DNA of 63,767 nucleotides, filler included, from Choristocarpus tenellus KU-1152 (lineage: Eukaryota; Protista; Phaeophyceae), in the NCBI GenBank assembly GCA_964200185.2. It is 15 parts of 15 records of this genome, joined end to end, with 100 filler letters (N's around TTAATTAATTAA, not from the genome) between each part and the next. Parts side by side here need not be neighbours in the genome. Positions count along the whole stretch, not along the records: positions 47,961 to 54,834 come from CAXNAD020007167.1; positions 54,935 to 57,523 come from CAXNAD020026493.1; positions 57,624 to 60,968 come from CAXNAD020020668.1; positions 61,069 to 63,767 come from CAXNAD020025533.1; 11 more parts are not named here. One strand, given 5' to 3'. The stretch's first letter is position 1; each line of letters starts with the position of its first letter. This document shows positions 49,775-63,201 of the stretch, piece by piece. Under the pieces are notes generated by a model. That model searched no databases and had not been told where the DNA came from. It saw only the letters and a program-made list of their open reading frames with translations. A program made the position numbers and the translations under genes.

Positions 49775-50575
49775 CCGCGTTAGTTTCCTTTCGTGATTTA
49801 GTACCGTGAATTACAACGCCTTGAGTTGAACGGTGTTTTACTTAGGGTTCAAAACTAAAATTAATTCGACGCCATAAACATTTGCACATAAACGATCGAA
49901 CAGGCCGGGGAGGCAATCGAAAGCATATCACTTGCACAAATATGTTTGGAGAATAGAGTCACCCCCACAGTTTGTTTCGACGCCCAAATGGCCTGCGTTA
50001 GTTTCCTTCGCGATGGAGAATAGGGATGTAGTCAACGGCCCACATTTGGATGTGGAAATACGAATAAAGAAATATATGTCAATCCCTATTGGACTAGGAA
50101 ATCAACTCGAGAAGGTTGGATGATGTCTTCCTTTCCCCACAAAATACAGCGGTTTTTGGAACGCGCATTAATACGTGTTCCAGAATAGTTGTGGAGTCGA
50201 CACACAAAGAATATTCAACGCCCAAGAAAGTTGGACTGTGTTTTCCTTAGGGTTCAAAACTAAAATATTTCAACGCCATAAACATTTGTACATAAGATCG
50301 AACAGGCTGGAGGCAATCGAAAGCATATCACTTGCACAAATATGTTTGGAGAATAAAATCACCGCCAAAATTTGTTTCGATGCCCGAATGGCCTGCATTA
50401 GTTTCCTCCGTGATCGAGAATAGAGATGTAGTCAACGGCCCACATTTGGATGTGGAAATACGAATTAAGAAATGTTTGTGTAATCCACAGGTAAAGGAAA
50501 TCAACTCCAGAAGGTTGGATGGTGTCTTCCTTTCCCCACAAAAGACACCGGTTTTTGGAACGCGTATTAATACCC
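49775..50575. repeat. Tandem direct repeat, about 400-bp unit x2
   Basis: TTAGGGTTCAAAACTAAAA...GCATATCACTTGCACAAATATGTTTGGAGAAT...GTTTTTGGAACGCG repeated with period about 400 (49932 vs 50332). Confidence 0.9.
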
Positions 50576-50724
50576 TTCTGTGATATTGCATAGTTAGAAT
50601 TTGGTCTCTCCAACATTGGACGTGGATGTACCCTTCTGTGATTATTTTCACTCCTGCTTCTCTACTTTACTAATAGACTGTATCTCTTCTTTCTGTTGCA
50701 ATTACGTGGGAAGAGGTCCTATCC

Positions 50725-51240
50725 TTGTGTCTGCGAGCTGGAGAGAGAGTACTGGGTATTCCCCTCGGGTGGTTTTGGAGTATCTGTGGCTCTCCCTCCT
50801 CTATACCTATATATAGGCTGGATTTTGTTCTGAATGGGAGGACCTTAGAGGGTGCGATTTTTGACCTGTTTGTAAACATGAGTCCTGCCTCTCCGCAGGG
50901 TTTTTGGCTATATAAAACTTTTTTTTTCTTACATTTTAATGTTGAGAAGGAGGTTATAAAGTGTTTATACATTACGAAAAGGTGTACCTGGAAGAATGAT
51001 ATTGACATCTCCTCAACAAACATGATTACCAAGAAAATTGCTCGAAATAGCGCCAGACGTTGGATGTTGGCAACGAAATGGACGCAGCTCTCTCCCCCCT
51101 CTGAGAAGATGCTTTCACATGCGCTCAAAGACGTTCCGAGGAGACAACAAACACTGAACGAAGAAAACACTGTGGAGTCCCAGAAAGCGCTCAAAACCAT
51201 GGAAGGAGAGACGACTAAACAAAAGCAGGATGGTATATGA
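50725..51240 (+). pseudogene. TE-associated ORF fragment, weak Ulp1/C48 protease-like resemblance
   Basis: LEGAIFDLFVNM...FWLYKTFFFLHF resembles the Ulp1 N-terminal 'L.D.iIdfy...tfFf' segment; no catalytic His/Cys identified. Confidence 0.2.
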
Positions 51241-52497
51241 TCCGTAACGGGTAGCCACACGAACATCTTGAAGTGCCGAGGTGAAATGCTGGGTCATACC
51301 TCCGAGTTTGAAGGGACAATGTTGGGACACCTCCACGTTCCAGCAACCTCCCAAAAAAAAACTCCACACACAGCATATATAGTTTCTGTATCACAAGTCG
51401 ACAGAAAAAGGGTGATGCATACACAGGGCTCCCTGATGCACGCAGGTCCCAAAGTATGATGGATCCAAAGTTTTGGATTTATGTTTTTCCCCCCTTCAAT
51501 ATTTTTTAAATGTAAATCAGGACAGGAGCTGGCAAGCAACGTATTGCCTGGGGGCACGCTATATGAGTAATAATTTATAAATAGTCTGGAAGAAAGTGTA
51601 TTTAATATATCAAACACCTCGGACTCGAAGGGTGGTCTGTGGTCTTTACGAGAGGAACCCGAACCTTGAAGGCAGGAACCTCTTGGGGAAACTTTTCTGT
51701 AAAAGTGCAGCACACACGTTTCCGTATGTTACGTGTTTGTGGGAATTGTCTTGTTTCTTCCCAATGCGTTGCTACTCCCCTCTTGGGAGTAATGTGTAGT
51801 AGGGATGTTCTGTTCTTTTTGAATCTCTACCACTCTCCCCCTCTTGAATTGTCACATATGTGTTTGGTTTCTACACAGATGTATATACGTCTCTGGATTA
51901 GAAAGGAGAGGACATATTGTTCACCCCAGCTCACAATCAACAATGGCGCGAGAGAGCTTGGTAGATTTTGGATACGTGTGTGGTAAATTTACAAAGGAAG
52001 AACACAATATATATCCATGCCCGTCCATCTGAGTCAAAACCGCCTGACAATTTCCCACGAGCATAGGTTCGGACGAAACACAAATTCTTTTTTTACGACA
52101 AAAAAATAACATCAATATAGACGATCCAACAACCGTCGTAGTTGTACATGTGTACAAATGTTTTGAACATTTGTATCTTGAATTGTGAGATGTTCTCAAG
52201 ATGTGAGTTTTGAATTGTGAGGGTTCTCGACTTAGAGGACATTTAGAAATGTCAATCTTGTTATGGCAACTTAAAAAATATGTAAGTACCATTCGGACTT
52301 CCATTTCTTCCAGGACTGAAACATCTCCAAAAGGTAGGAGTCGTGGTAAAAAGACGCCATACACTCTCCTCTTTGTGAATACGACTAAAGGAAAATCCAT
52401 TACTTTGTGGAAACTATCCTCTTTCTTCCACCCATATTCGGTATAAACACGACTGTCTACAGGCATGTCCAATCTTCTGTAAGTAATGTATATATAT

Positions 52498-52575
52498 GAG
52501 TCAAAGTATCTAAGAGGGTACCGCCGCGTCCAAATGGGGTCCAGAATCCGATGTAGCCATTTTGACGTAATTTAA
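52498..52575 (-). mobile_element. Solitary family-A-type end (A6) leading into non-MITE sequence
   Basis: GAGTCAAAGTATCTAAGAGGGTACCGCCGCGTCCAAATGGGG..ATTTTGACGTAATTT resembles the A short-spacer end for about 75 bp, then diverges. Confidence 0.75.
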
Positions 52576-54792
52576 GGGAATTGTGTATTTGGATTTGGGA
52601 GGAGTGAATTCCCTTGCTCCAGATTCAACTTCCAGAGCCGTTCCTTCTCGATTTTGTCCCCCTATCAGCCGTTATGAACGGCAGGTGTGACTACTTTTGC
52701 ATTAAAAAGTAATTATGATAACCTATCTAGCTGATCAATTTGCGTTTTTTTCTCGAACCTGTGGCAATTTGGTTGCTTAATGAGGGCCAGGTAAACTTGG
52801 GGTGTGAACGATGACGTCTAGAGCACAGTCGCAGGAGAGGTTGATGGTTAGTCCGAAGAAAGTATCAAGCAAATCGGTAGCAGGGTCCTTTGTGGTGGTA
52901 GAAAAAAGGAGTGAGGCAAATCTCTCAAGATCATCATGTCTTGAAAATTTCGAAAGTGCCACATTTGCGGTGACAGTTGGATCGTAATCAATGCATTTTG
53001 TGTGTTTTCGATGTACTCAACTGATAATTTGTATGAGATGAGACGACAAAATCAAAGTGGAAATTCTCTGAAAGATTTAATTGATTTCTTCATTGTGCTC
53101 CAATCGAGTGCAGTGACTGAAAGAAAGAGTTGTAAATTGTTTTGAAACTTGTTTGAAGAAATAACATCCTGGTTGTAATTCGATTGTGTTTTAGGTGCTG
53201 AGGGTGAGATACTTGGACTTACGTGACGCATGTTACAAAATGAGGCAGAAACACAGGATGAATGATACGCAAGGAATGAGGGGACTGATCCGACATTGAG
53301 ACGGTGTCCTTTGTCCCAGTCTTCTGCGACAGCGTGCACGTGAAGAACAAATGTTGAAGAATGTTGGTAGTATTGTTTGAATATTGAGAATAACCAAAAA
53401 CATTTCTCCACATGAGTTTTGTCGCCGCTTGAGTCAGTTTGTGTGGGTTGGATCAATTTACGTCAAGCATGGTATTAAGTGAGGAACACATACAGGAAGA
53501 ATGACGTGCGAAGTAGGAGAATCGAAACAAAATTAAACTGGAGTCGTTTGCCCTGGTCTTTTTGGGTGTAGTAGAAAAATGCAAAAAAAAGCACATGCTG
53601 AGTGGGATATGTCAGCGGTTGAAACATTGCAGTACTTAGGCATACTTGGAGCCCGAAAGAAATTGTGTTTGAATCCTTTCGCTTTTGAAACACTTTTAAC
53701 AATTTAGCACATACAATCACAGTTTTACACAAGATGAGATACTCCCGACCTCATACAAACTACGAGCATGGAGATTTACACATGTAGGAAACATCGTAAC
53801 ATGTTTCCTATCTCAGACTTTTCAAAACATTCAAGGCCTCAAAATTTGTCAAATTTCAAGTCAAAGAGGCGACAGCAGTTCCTGCAAACTATAAGGCATT
53901 GAATGTTTTCAAGAACCTTACACATTTGAGCGACCACCCTCTCTGAGGGAGAGAGACTGGATTATTACAATAACACATATAAATCCAGGCGTCCGAAGAG
54001 AGCAACATTCTCTACTCAATACCACCAACTCATACAACAAGGTCCACCTTGGCAGTCACCGAACACATGATAAGCATGGAATAGATGTTCAGTCTTAAGG
54101 TTGCACTAATCTGTTTTGTGAAGACAATTGACGACAAGATATCGAGGTGTCCCACAACTCTACAATACCACCATATATATATATATATATGATAAAGACA
54201 TCCAACTAGTCAAGGACACTAAAAAAAATCAGGTCAGAAATGAAAATGTTGCTGGCAGACCAAGAAACAACGTGGTTCACACTAATTCACCTAGTATCCG
54301 TCAAATGTTGCACAACGGTTTCAAGTGATGCTCAACTCTAGATCTCTTACTTTGAACGTTCCTCCCCATCATCTCCTCGAAACTTTAGAAACAGTGTCCG
54401 TCTTCCCTCTTCCACCAACCCAAGAGCTGTGAGCATGTGCCCCAGGTTACGAGGCAACGAATATTGGTCACTGCACTCTTCCGCCTCCACACTGCCTTCC
54501 TCTAAACGAGAATCATAATATCCTCTATCTGCAATGTTTTGCCTTGTTATCTCGCCCCGACCATGGCACCCCTTCTGGATGGTTCCGAGGACATAGCAAT
54601 AGTCGCCCACAGCAATGGGTTTGGCCTTCATCCCTGTCCTCACCATCACAAAACCATGGTCACAAAGTCCACCTTGTAAATCCCACCTGTTCCCGCCATG
54701 AGGAGCGTCACCTCACCATCAATTTGTAGATCCAGGACATATGAATATATGCCAAAGAACTGTCACAAATTCGGCAACGAGGGCATAGGTAA

Positions 54793-54834
54793 GGCTCAAA
54801 GTATCTGGGAGGGGGTGGCGGCTGTCCATTTGGG
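54793..54834 (+). mobile_element. MITE family B end B11 at contig end
   Basis: GGCTCAAAGTATCTGGGAGGGGGTGGCGGCTGTCCATTTGGG. Confidence 0.9.
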
Positions 54835-56117
54835 NNNNNNNNNNNNNNNNNNNNNNNNNNNNNNNNNNNNNNNNNNNNTTAATTAATTAANNNNNNNNNN
54901 NNNNNNNNNNNNNNNNNNNNNNNNNNNNNNNNNNGGAAGGCTGGCAACGTACCAGGCACATGATCCAGTTGCCCAACCCATGACACAACGTGCCTGCCCT
55001 GTGGGAGTTGGGAGAGGACTGGGAACGCTCCAGCCATGGGGCGGAAATCCCTCACATCTGCCCTCATCGCCAACTGCCAATGGTGCGGTCTGTTCCATAC
55101 CCACCAGCGGTGGGTCTTGACACCCAATGCCAACACCAGAGCGGCAAGGACCAATGCACAGCAGCATTTTCTTGGAGTGTGGGCACCAGTAATGCTCCAT
55201 CCCGAGGCGCTTAGCATTCAACCATGCTGCAGGGGTTCCGTGCACCTATTTAGAGTCTTCCTGCGAAAGAAGACTCCTCACATGTACCTGTACCAGCAGC
55301 CTTTTCAAAGGAGGGAAGATATTATAATATAGCAATGGCCTAGCGAAAGGTAAGGTAAAAACTTCACGTCCAAGTGAGTGATCTATGAATAAAAGAGCAA
55401 GGAGTAGACAGAAGAGCAAGCTACCCAGGATAGAGGTCTTGCTTGTGAGTGAGAGAGAGAGAAAAGGAGAGAGAGGGTTGGAGGGTAGGGGGTGGGGGGG
55501 GAAAGGAGAAAGAAACAAAATTACCACCACTGTGACTACCATGATCCTAGATGACACTACAACGATCCACCCCAACTACAGTACTGTACTGGTAGCTCTT
55601 TATTGACTTCAGGAAGGGGGAAGGAGTTCCCATATCCAGATCTTGAGGTGTTTGGCTGCGGATAGTGAATCAATCCTTGCACATATCTCAGACTCGTCTT
55701 CAGGATGGTCAAACACGAACAGGATACGTGTGGCCTACGACAGTAATATTTTGAGTGTCGGCACTTTTGATCTCCCAATGATGCTAGGTCCTTCTCTTCG
55801 GCCACGAAGTCTTCACACGATGCCGGAAAATCTCACCCCAACCCATCCTGGCCTGGTGCAAGATGAGATGTCCCTGGCAGAGGACAAGACTCATGCCAAT
55901 ACTGCTGGTGAGATCAGGGAGATCTACCAAAACTAAAGAGACCGTGGGACATTTCAAGGGAGCATCGACAAACACAAACATCAATGATATAAATTCACAC
56001 TCCAGACAATACTGAGGGCATGACGTGTGACAGGTTTTATCCACCATTTCCAAGGGAAGGAGGCAGGTCATGGCACACAAATACACAAAGACAGTTGGTG
56101 ATAAAACATAGTAAACG

Positions 56118-56448
56118 TGATGTACCACAATGAAGAAATGCAGTACTGCATATGAGATGCACTGGTTATTTCTGATTTAGAAGTGACAAGTCGTCAGCGA
56201 GCGAGTACAGTGAAGAAAGAGGTGAGCGATGAGATGGATATTGAGGAATCAATGTCAGTTGGTGATAAAACTTAGCACATGTTTTTGTGTATATGGGTCT
56301 TCTTCTGACATTGATTCCTCGACGTTCATCTCCTTGCTCACTTCTATCTTCGCTACCCTTGCTCACTATGGACGACTTGTCACTCCTCAATGGGTATGAA
56401 CCAGTGCATCTCGTCTGTAGTACTGCATTTCTTCATTGTGGTACATCA
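56118..56448. repeat. Long inverted repeat (about 140-bp arms, about 45-bp loop)
   Basis: TGATGTACCACAATGAAGAAATGCAGTACT...GAGGAATCAATGTCAG pairs with CTGACATTGATTCCTC...AGTACTGCATTTCTTCATTGTGGTACATCA. Confidence 0.9.
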
Positions 56449-56791
56449 GGCTGTATGACAACAATGTCCTATAGCAGTTGTGTTTTGACCCCTGTACAGT
56501 TGCTCTCGTGTTGTGTTGGCGTTTTTGTATTTTGCAAATTGTTTCACCAACCTGTCTTCCCTCCTCCTACAACTACAGTTTTCGTATGGTATGTTATGCA
56601 CCTTTTGTTACCGTTGTTGTTATTGTTACTCTTATTTTTATTTTTTGCCCTCTGACATTTTCCAGATTTGTCAGGAAAAAAAACAATGAAAACTATTCAC
56701 ATGTCACAAAAATCCCTTAAAAAGTAACAGCTGTTTAACATGCGAAAGATATTAATCTAATTACTATTTTACCACCAGATATGCTGTACCA

Positions 56792-56838
56792 TTGCCTTTC
56801 ACTGCCTTTCACTGCCTTTCACTGCCTTTCACTGCCTT
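56792..56838. repeat. 10-bp tandem repeat (ACTGCCTTTC), about x4.5
   Basis: Direct reading. Confidence 0.9.
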
Positions 56839-57939
56839 CCTGTGCCTCCAACCTAGCCTAGTCTGCACTCCAGGGTGAGGTGCTAGGGAAGCATCCCAAG
56901 AATCTAATAAGACCCTCCTTGCCCATCTCCCTGGTGCCTCCAGCTTAAAATGCATGGCACGTCTAGATAGGGCTACTTGTGTTGTGACTGAGATTGTCTG
57001 GCGTAGATAGGATTTCACCGTCCCTTTTCTGCTATAGGCTCCTCTCCCCTCTACCACGTGTGTAGGTAGAGCTCATCCAGAAGACTTTCCGCTTGATTAC
57101 TGAGGCGCCCAAAACTTTCCACCACGAAGTTGTTGAAGTTATAACTACGAGAGTCGAAAGATCCCTCGATGCGTAGTGGTTATTGCTATTTTTATTATTA
57201 TATTGTTATTATTATTATTATTATTATTTGTCATTATTATATTGTTATTATTATCATAATATTTATCTCTACTACTACTACTTCTACTACTATAAATATT
57301 ATTATTTTTCTGTTCTAACACATCGTCACACTTGCTAAAAAATATCAAGTACATACTTTCAGGCAGTATTAAATCCAAACCAATAGATAGGGCAGGTTTG
57401 GATTCTTTTGCATTCTATGCCATCTTTCTTACCCAGTCCAATACATTCTATTTCAATGCTTTGTTTTGCTCACGAATTCTGGATTATTATTATTATTTTG
57501 CACATTCCTATTTTCTTATTCCTNNNNNNNNNNNNNNNNNNNNNNNNNNNNNNNNNNNNNNNNNNNNTTAATTAATTAANNNNNNNNNNNNNNNNNNNNN
57601 NNNNNNNNNNNNNNNNNNNNNNNGACGTATGCTTTCCCGACCCCCCCCCAAAAAAAAAAAAAATACCGTCTCATTGGGTACTGTGTAAAAAAAAAAAGTA
57701 ACAAAAAAAATGAAATCATCGTAACTCAACCCCCCCCCCCCAAAAAAAAAAATAATAATAAAAAAATGCTGTCTCATTGGGAATAATTGTGTAACCCAAC
57801 TCTTCTCAGCTCCTCCTCCAGCATTCACGTGCCCATGCCCTAATACCGGCACCAAAGCCCGGCAAGAAGTGGGGTCAACAAACAGACAAGGCCACTGAAA
57901 AGACAAGTCCCCTTCCTGGTTGCGCCTTGCAGAACAAGA

Positions 57940-58140
57940 ATGCACCCAACACGTTCAGAGCTGCAGCTGCCAAAACCCATCCCCCCCAAAGACTCATACG
58001 AGTTTTTCTTGTCCAAGGGGAGAAGGGGAGGGTTCGCCGCTTCATTGATGGCACCCACTTCGACACCACTGTATCCTAGCAGTCGATGGAGATCAGGCTG
58101 CAGCGATCGTACCACTACCGGGATCGAGTTCCAAGGGAAC
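57940..58140 (+). pseudogene. Possible tyrosine recombinase C-terminal relic (DIRS/Ngaro/Crypton type)
   Basis: SKGRRGGFAASLMA...SSRWRSG resembles HS.RRGGA.....GRW.S...Y; catalytic His absent and frame degraded. Confidence 0.3.
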
Positions 58141-59349
58141 CCGTGGATAACCGACATCACGGCAAGAGGCATAACCCTACGGGGGCCCGGTGATGGACTG
58201 TTGGCATGATAAGCACCTCATGAGGAGACCTGGTCAACCAACCAGTTCATGGATATCAAGGCCGGGAAGAACCCCTAACCCTAACAATGCCCGTGGTGAC
58301 TACACCTATGCCTCATCGTGCAACACGAAGAGAAGAGAGGGGGCTCTCGCACAAACACCAACAGGATTTCCTCAGTGACAGGAGGAAGGAACTCAAGGGA
58401 CCATGACTGTGTGCTGGGCGGGGGTTCTCTAACAAGTGAGTTTCTTAGCCTAAATGCGGGGCAGCATATTTGTGTTCATTGACTAACTAGAACCTACACC
58501 CTAACTGCAACCCTTGCATGCCTTATTCCTCTCTGCACCCAGGGTTACCAAAAAAAAACACGCTAGGGTTAGCAAACCCACACATGCCTCAACCTCTCCC
58601 CACCCAGGGCTACCAAAAAAAGCCCCCCTAGGGATAGCAAACCCCCTACTCCCATTCTGCCTGCGCATCCAAACAATGTACTCACTGCAGTTCAGCTCAA
58701 CTACATACTCACCCCATATAAAAAAAACGTTATCACGCTACCACTGCCACGTGCTTGCTCCTCACAATGCCACCGCCCATGCTTCTACCTCTGATCCCTT
58801 CTTGCGTGGTCTTCTCCTTTACCCTCCTCCACCTCACCATGTACTCATGATTCTGCTGGCACAAACAGCGATCCTCCTTTGTGTCCTCCAGCATGCGCAT
58901 TTACCGCTTGCACTACTGGAGCATCAATTGCCACTGGCTCTATCTCCTTGAGGTGGAGTCTCTCTTTCCATCTTCAGTACAAGTCCCTCTGCCCTTATAA
59001 TTCCTCTACCCCGCCCAGACAACAGATTTGTAACTGCAAAGCAGATGTAACCTCAGGGTGTGCAGGTACAGAGGCAGGGACATCCCTCTTCCCTATCATT
59101 AAGCAGGAGGAGGGGACCTAACTGACTTTGCCAGCATCACCACAGTATCACAAGGGACCACATTTGCCCTTCCCTAACCCTATCCCTACATTCCCTCCCC
59201 TGCATCATTGTTTCCAGCTTCTACTGCCAAGGCTTGCTGAAAAATAAAGGTAGAAGACTCCACCACAAGAGCCTCTCACCTCAGCTTTTGTCTGAGTGTC
59301 TTCAGACCATTTAATTTCCTCAGCTTTTCAACTCAGGAGCGGTACATAA

Positions 59350-59539
59350 AGCCCTAAGTATCTGGAGGGGGGGGGGGGGGGGGGGGGGGAGGGTCCACAC
59401 CAGGGTGTCCATCCGGACCCTAACCAGCAGATGCGCACTTACATCATCCATCCGACGCATGCAAGCAAATCGCCAAAGAATCGCATGGAAAAATGTCCCT
59501 GAATGGACAGCCGCCACTCCCCCCCCAATACTTCGAGCC
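59350..59539 (-). mobile_element. MITE family B copy B12, TSD TAA
   Basis: AGCCCTAAGTATCT-polyG-TCCACACCAGGGTGTCCAT ... AATGGACAGCCGCC ... ATACTTCGAGCC; TAA on both flanks. Confidence 0.88.
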
Positions 59540-60299
59540 TAAGCTGTATCTACCAGCGACTCGATTTTCACCAAACAACTGCCTCTGTCACCCTGCTCTT
59601 ATGGGCGGTGATGTCATCCAACTTCTCAAAGCTCTTCACGAATGCATCGAATGTCACCCTTAATGCTCTCTCTCTCCAGTCCAGGATAACCCTTTGAAGG
59701 GGGAATAAACTCAGGCACCCCCGATACATCAGCTCCCCTGAGGGCCCAGCTGTCTGTATATGGGGCCTCCCATAGCTTCACAGCATGAACCTGACGAACA
59801 AGGATGAGGCCATGCTCCTTGCTAAGGTTGAAACGAGCATCTCTCTACTTGGCACAGGTGTATTCACCCCCAATAGAAGGGAGGCGGGGCTGCTACCAAA
59901 AGTCAAATCAGAGTCGCTCCCGGTGAAATAACATGGCAGCAGTGCAGGACCGTCCACAACCATCACTTCTCCACCAGAAGTGGTATCGGAATCCACCAGG
60001 AGGCCTGAGGATGCGGAGGAGACTCGGAAACGAAGTTTGACCTATCTATCTACACCCCATCGATCACACCTGGCACCCCTTGAACAGAGAACCTATACTA
60101 CTGCATGTAATAAGCCCCCCTCCCAAAAAAATATATTATATATATATATATATATATTTTTATCACAACAACTTGACTCTGCCACAAAACACCCTACTGC
60201 TCATGCTACACAACCGTGAAGAACAATTTCACTCTCAAGCACAAAAAGGTCTTAACTCCAATTGTTCTAATTGAAGCCTGAGTCAACAACGCCTAAACA

Positions 60300-60470
60300 G
60301 GGTAAGCAAGCACAACAACAACAACAACAACAACACACACAACAACAACAACAACAACACACACAACCAAAACAACAACACACACAACAACAACAACAAC
60401 AACCACGACCACAACCACAACTACAACAACAACCACAACAACAACAACACACACAACAACAACACACAAC
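60300..60470. repeat. Degenerate (CAA)n microsatellite
   Basis: Direct reading. Confidence 0.9.
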
Positions 60471-60817
60471 GCAGGTGTCCCACCAAAAGAAAAGAGAAGG
60501 AAAGATGGCGTGCGTACACCACCCTATTTTTTTTTTAAAGGAGTCCACAAATGAACACAGAGATTGGAATGGGTCACACACCGTATCACACGTTACGAGA
60601 CACTACTGGTGTACTGTACACCCTTTTAAAAAGAAACTGTCAAACCAAAAAAACAAGCAAAAAAAATAAAATCATAGAAAGAAAAAGAAAATACACGTTG
60701 GCAAAGGGGGGGCTGTTAAGGCTTACAAAAGGTACAAAAAAAAATACACACACACACACACACACACACATATAATATGATACAAGTACCAATACCATCT
60801 GTACCCACTGAACTCAC

Positions 60818-60968
60818 CGCCTCCTCCCTCTTCTTCACATGGAAGGGCTCCCGATCAGACCGACCACACCCCGCCAGCTCCACGCAAAACACCCGAAACT
60901 CCTTTGAAAAGTCAGCAATATTGAACATCCAGAATGCATTGCCTGCCGCCCATCCATGAACCAACACC
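60818..60968 (-). CDS. Alpha/beta hydrolase, ABHD4/ABHD5 (CGI-58)-like, single internal exon
   Basis: VLVHGWAAGNAFWMFNIADFSKEFRVFCVELAGCGRSDREPF then GTGAGT donor; matches LVLLHG.G.G...W..N...L.....V...DL.GFGRS.RP.F. Confidence 0.8.
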
Positions 60969-63201
60969 NNNNNNNNNNNNNNNNNNNNNNNNNNNNNNNN
61001 NNNNNNNNNNNNTTAATTAATTAANNNNNNNNNNNNNNNNNNNNNNNNNNNNNNNNNNNNNNNNNNNNAGTGGTGTCTGCATTTCCTAATCTACTCCACC
61101 GATGGTGTCTATAGTGTATCAGCAGCACTATCTACGAACAGCAGTCTCCTTGGAGAAGAAGCACTATCTTGACTCATGAGGATGTGGTAATGGCCGATGA
61201 GGTTTCCTTGTCTTCTGTCCTCCTCCCAGTCTGTGATGCCCTCAGTGTCCAAGAAGACTGATGGAGCGTTTTAGAATGTGATGATGCCTGTTGCAGAGGA
61301 GAGGAATGTCAAGGCCTCATGTGGGAATACCTAGGTCGTCAAGAGGGGTGAGACAGGAGCTTTTGATCCTCACCGTCATGCCAATGTTTTCCTTCCCATC
61401 ATATGTTTTGTGACCAGGTCCCAAGTCAACAAGGTCAAGCCGTTGCCACGCTTCCGGTTCTAGGTATTTCCTCATAGATATCATGTGTATGTCATCCTTT
61501 CTGTGTGAAACCACACAAGGCATTGCTTGACCTCATTGATGAGGGCGTGCAAGTTTACACAGGCATGTTGTCGACATGAAGGGGCCGTTCAATGTGATGC
61601 AAGGTGTATTTCATCTCAATCTTAGATTATGCAAATATTGTTAAAGCTATGGAGGTTTTTTTTTCGAATCTTGGGAAGGTGTGGAAGTCTTGTTTCCTTT
61701 TGCTCACACACCACTTCGTTGGCCTCCAGCTCAACCCATTCTCACTACAATACTGGAGGCTTCACACCTAATATAACTTAGGCTACACCACCAATCAACA
61801 TCTACCTTCAAATCATATGATTATCCTCATACTATATATATTTACGATATATGTGTGTACACAGCACTTTTCCTTGTTGCTCTACGCCATGATTGCACTC
61901 TTACAACAAAAAGAGTGCACCATTTCATTCTACCCAAAGGCCATACAATAGCGTAGGGAGGTGTTTGATAGCCAACAATATAGGTAAGGTAGAACATCTC
62001 ACTATACTTCCACACAACTTAGTTTCGAGAAAATTTCCTCCCAGATACCACAACAAAATCTAGCCAACACACACCTTCCATAGGTGCAACTCACCTTGGA
62101 GAGGTGACACATTTGCACCCATGTTGACGCCCAGAGGAGCTCATGCCCTAGCTCCAGACCTAAAGTAATTACCAGGGGTGTCATTCTCCTTTCCAGCTGC
62201 CCCTTTTCCCACAAGGAGGGGAGTCCTGTTCAAAGACCTGTTGTGGAAGGCCTTTGGTGTACACAGCAACGCCTGCAATGTGGACTGGAAAAGAGGAGGG
62301 GATAGGAATAAGAGCATGTGAGGAAAGAGAATGGAGCAGCGAGATCAAGTGCGCTACACTTCAACACCGGTCCAGGATGTTATTTCTTCAATCATGGACC
62401 ATGCGAGGAGGTAGTTGTGTACGTAATGATGCCCGGTAATGCGTAGATTTGCAGCAGCAAACTGGTAAAACTGTTGGATCTCCCAGAGCAGATTCATCCT
62501 TCAACACAAAAGCATTCTATCTCTACACACAACAAAACCCCTCAGCAATATATAATAAAGTTGAGAGGAAAGGACCTGAAACTTCGCATACAAAACACCT
62601 ACTTTTAGCTCGGTGCAATAATTCCAACCATTCCATTCGTGAACGTTGAACTCTTCAATCATATCAATGACCCCATCAATCGTAACACTTATACCCCAGA
62701 CTATGTAGTATGTTTATCACAAATTGTAACAGCAATTTTCCTTGCGAATGTATGTTCATTTTGGCATGCCAACAAAGTCAACCACCACATGCTGCTTGCC
62801 TCCCACAGTGCTCTGATGTCTAATAGCAGTTGAAACAATTTGATGTACTCATATTTAATCTTTGGTCACTTTTCTGTGACCTCATCAAACACCTGCTGCA
62901 GACGGAGGTTGGTAGTCTCCTGGACCTTCAGCTTTTCGATCATCTCTTGCAACTCCTGATATGTGCATGGTGGGGGGTGTCTGTATAGTTAATCATGAAC
63001 TGGAATAGAATTTGAGAGCTCGATTGAAATCCACTTTGTCCCAGACCCCCCATGAAGGGAGTCATATGGTCCAGAGTACAAAGAGATCATCAAAGCCACT
63101 ACTACAAAGTATTGTATGTACCTCATTGAATATACTTTAGAGGTGTGGGGGAATTGGCCATGTCAAAAAAAGAGAGATATACAGCCAACTTAAGTCACTC
63201 T

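Noticed and set aside
60267-60669. Cys-rich (metallothionein-like) and poly-Gln ORFs
   Set aside because: Both are translations of a (CAA)n microsatellite, probably within an intron of the hydrolase gene.
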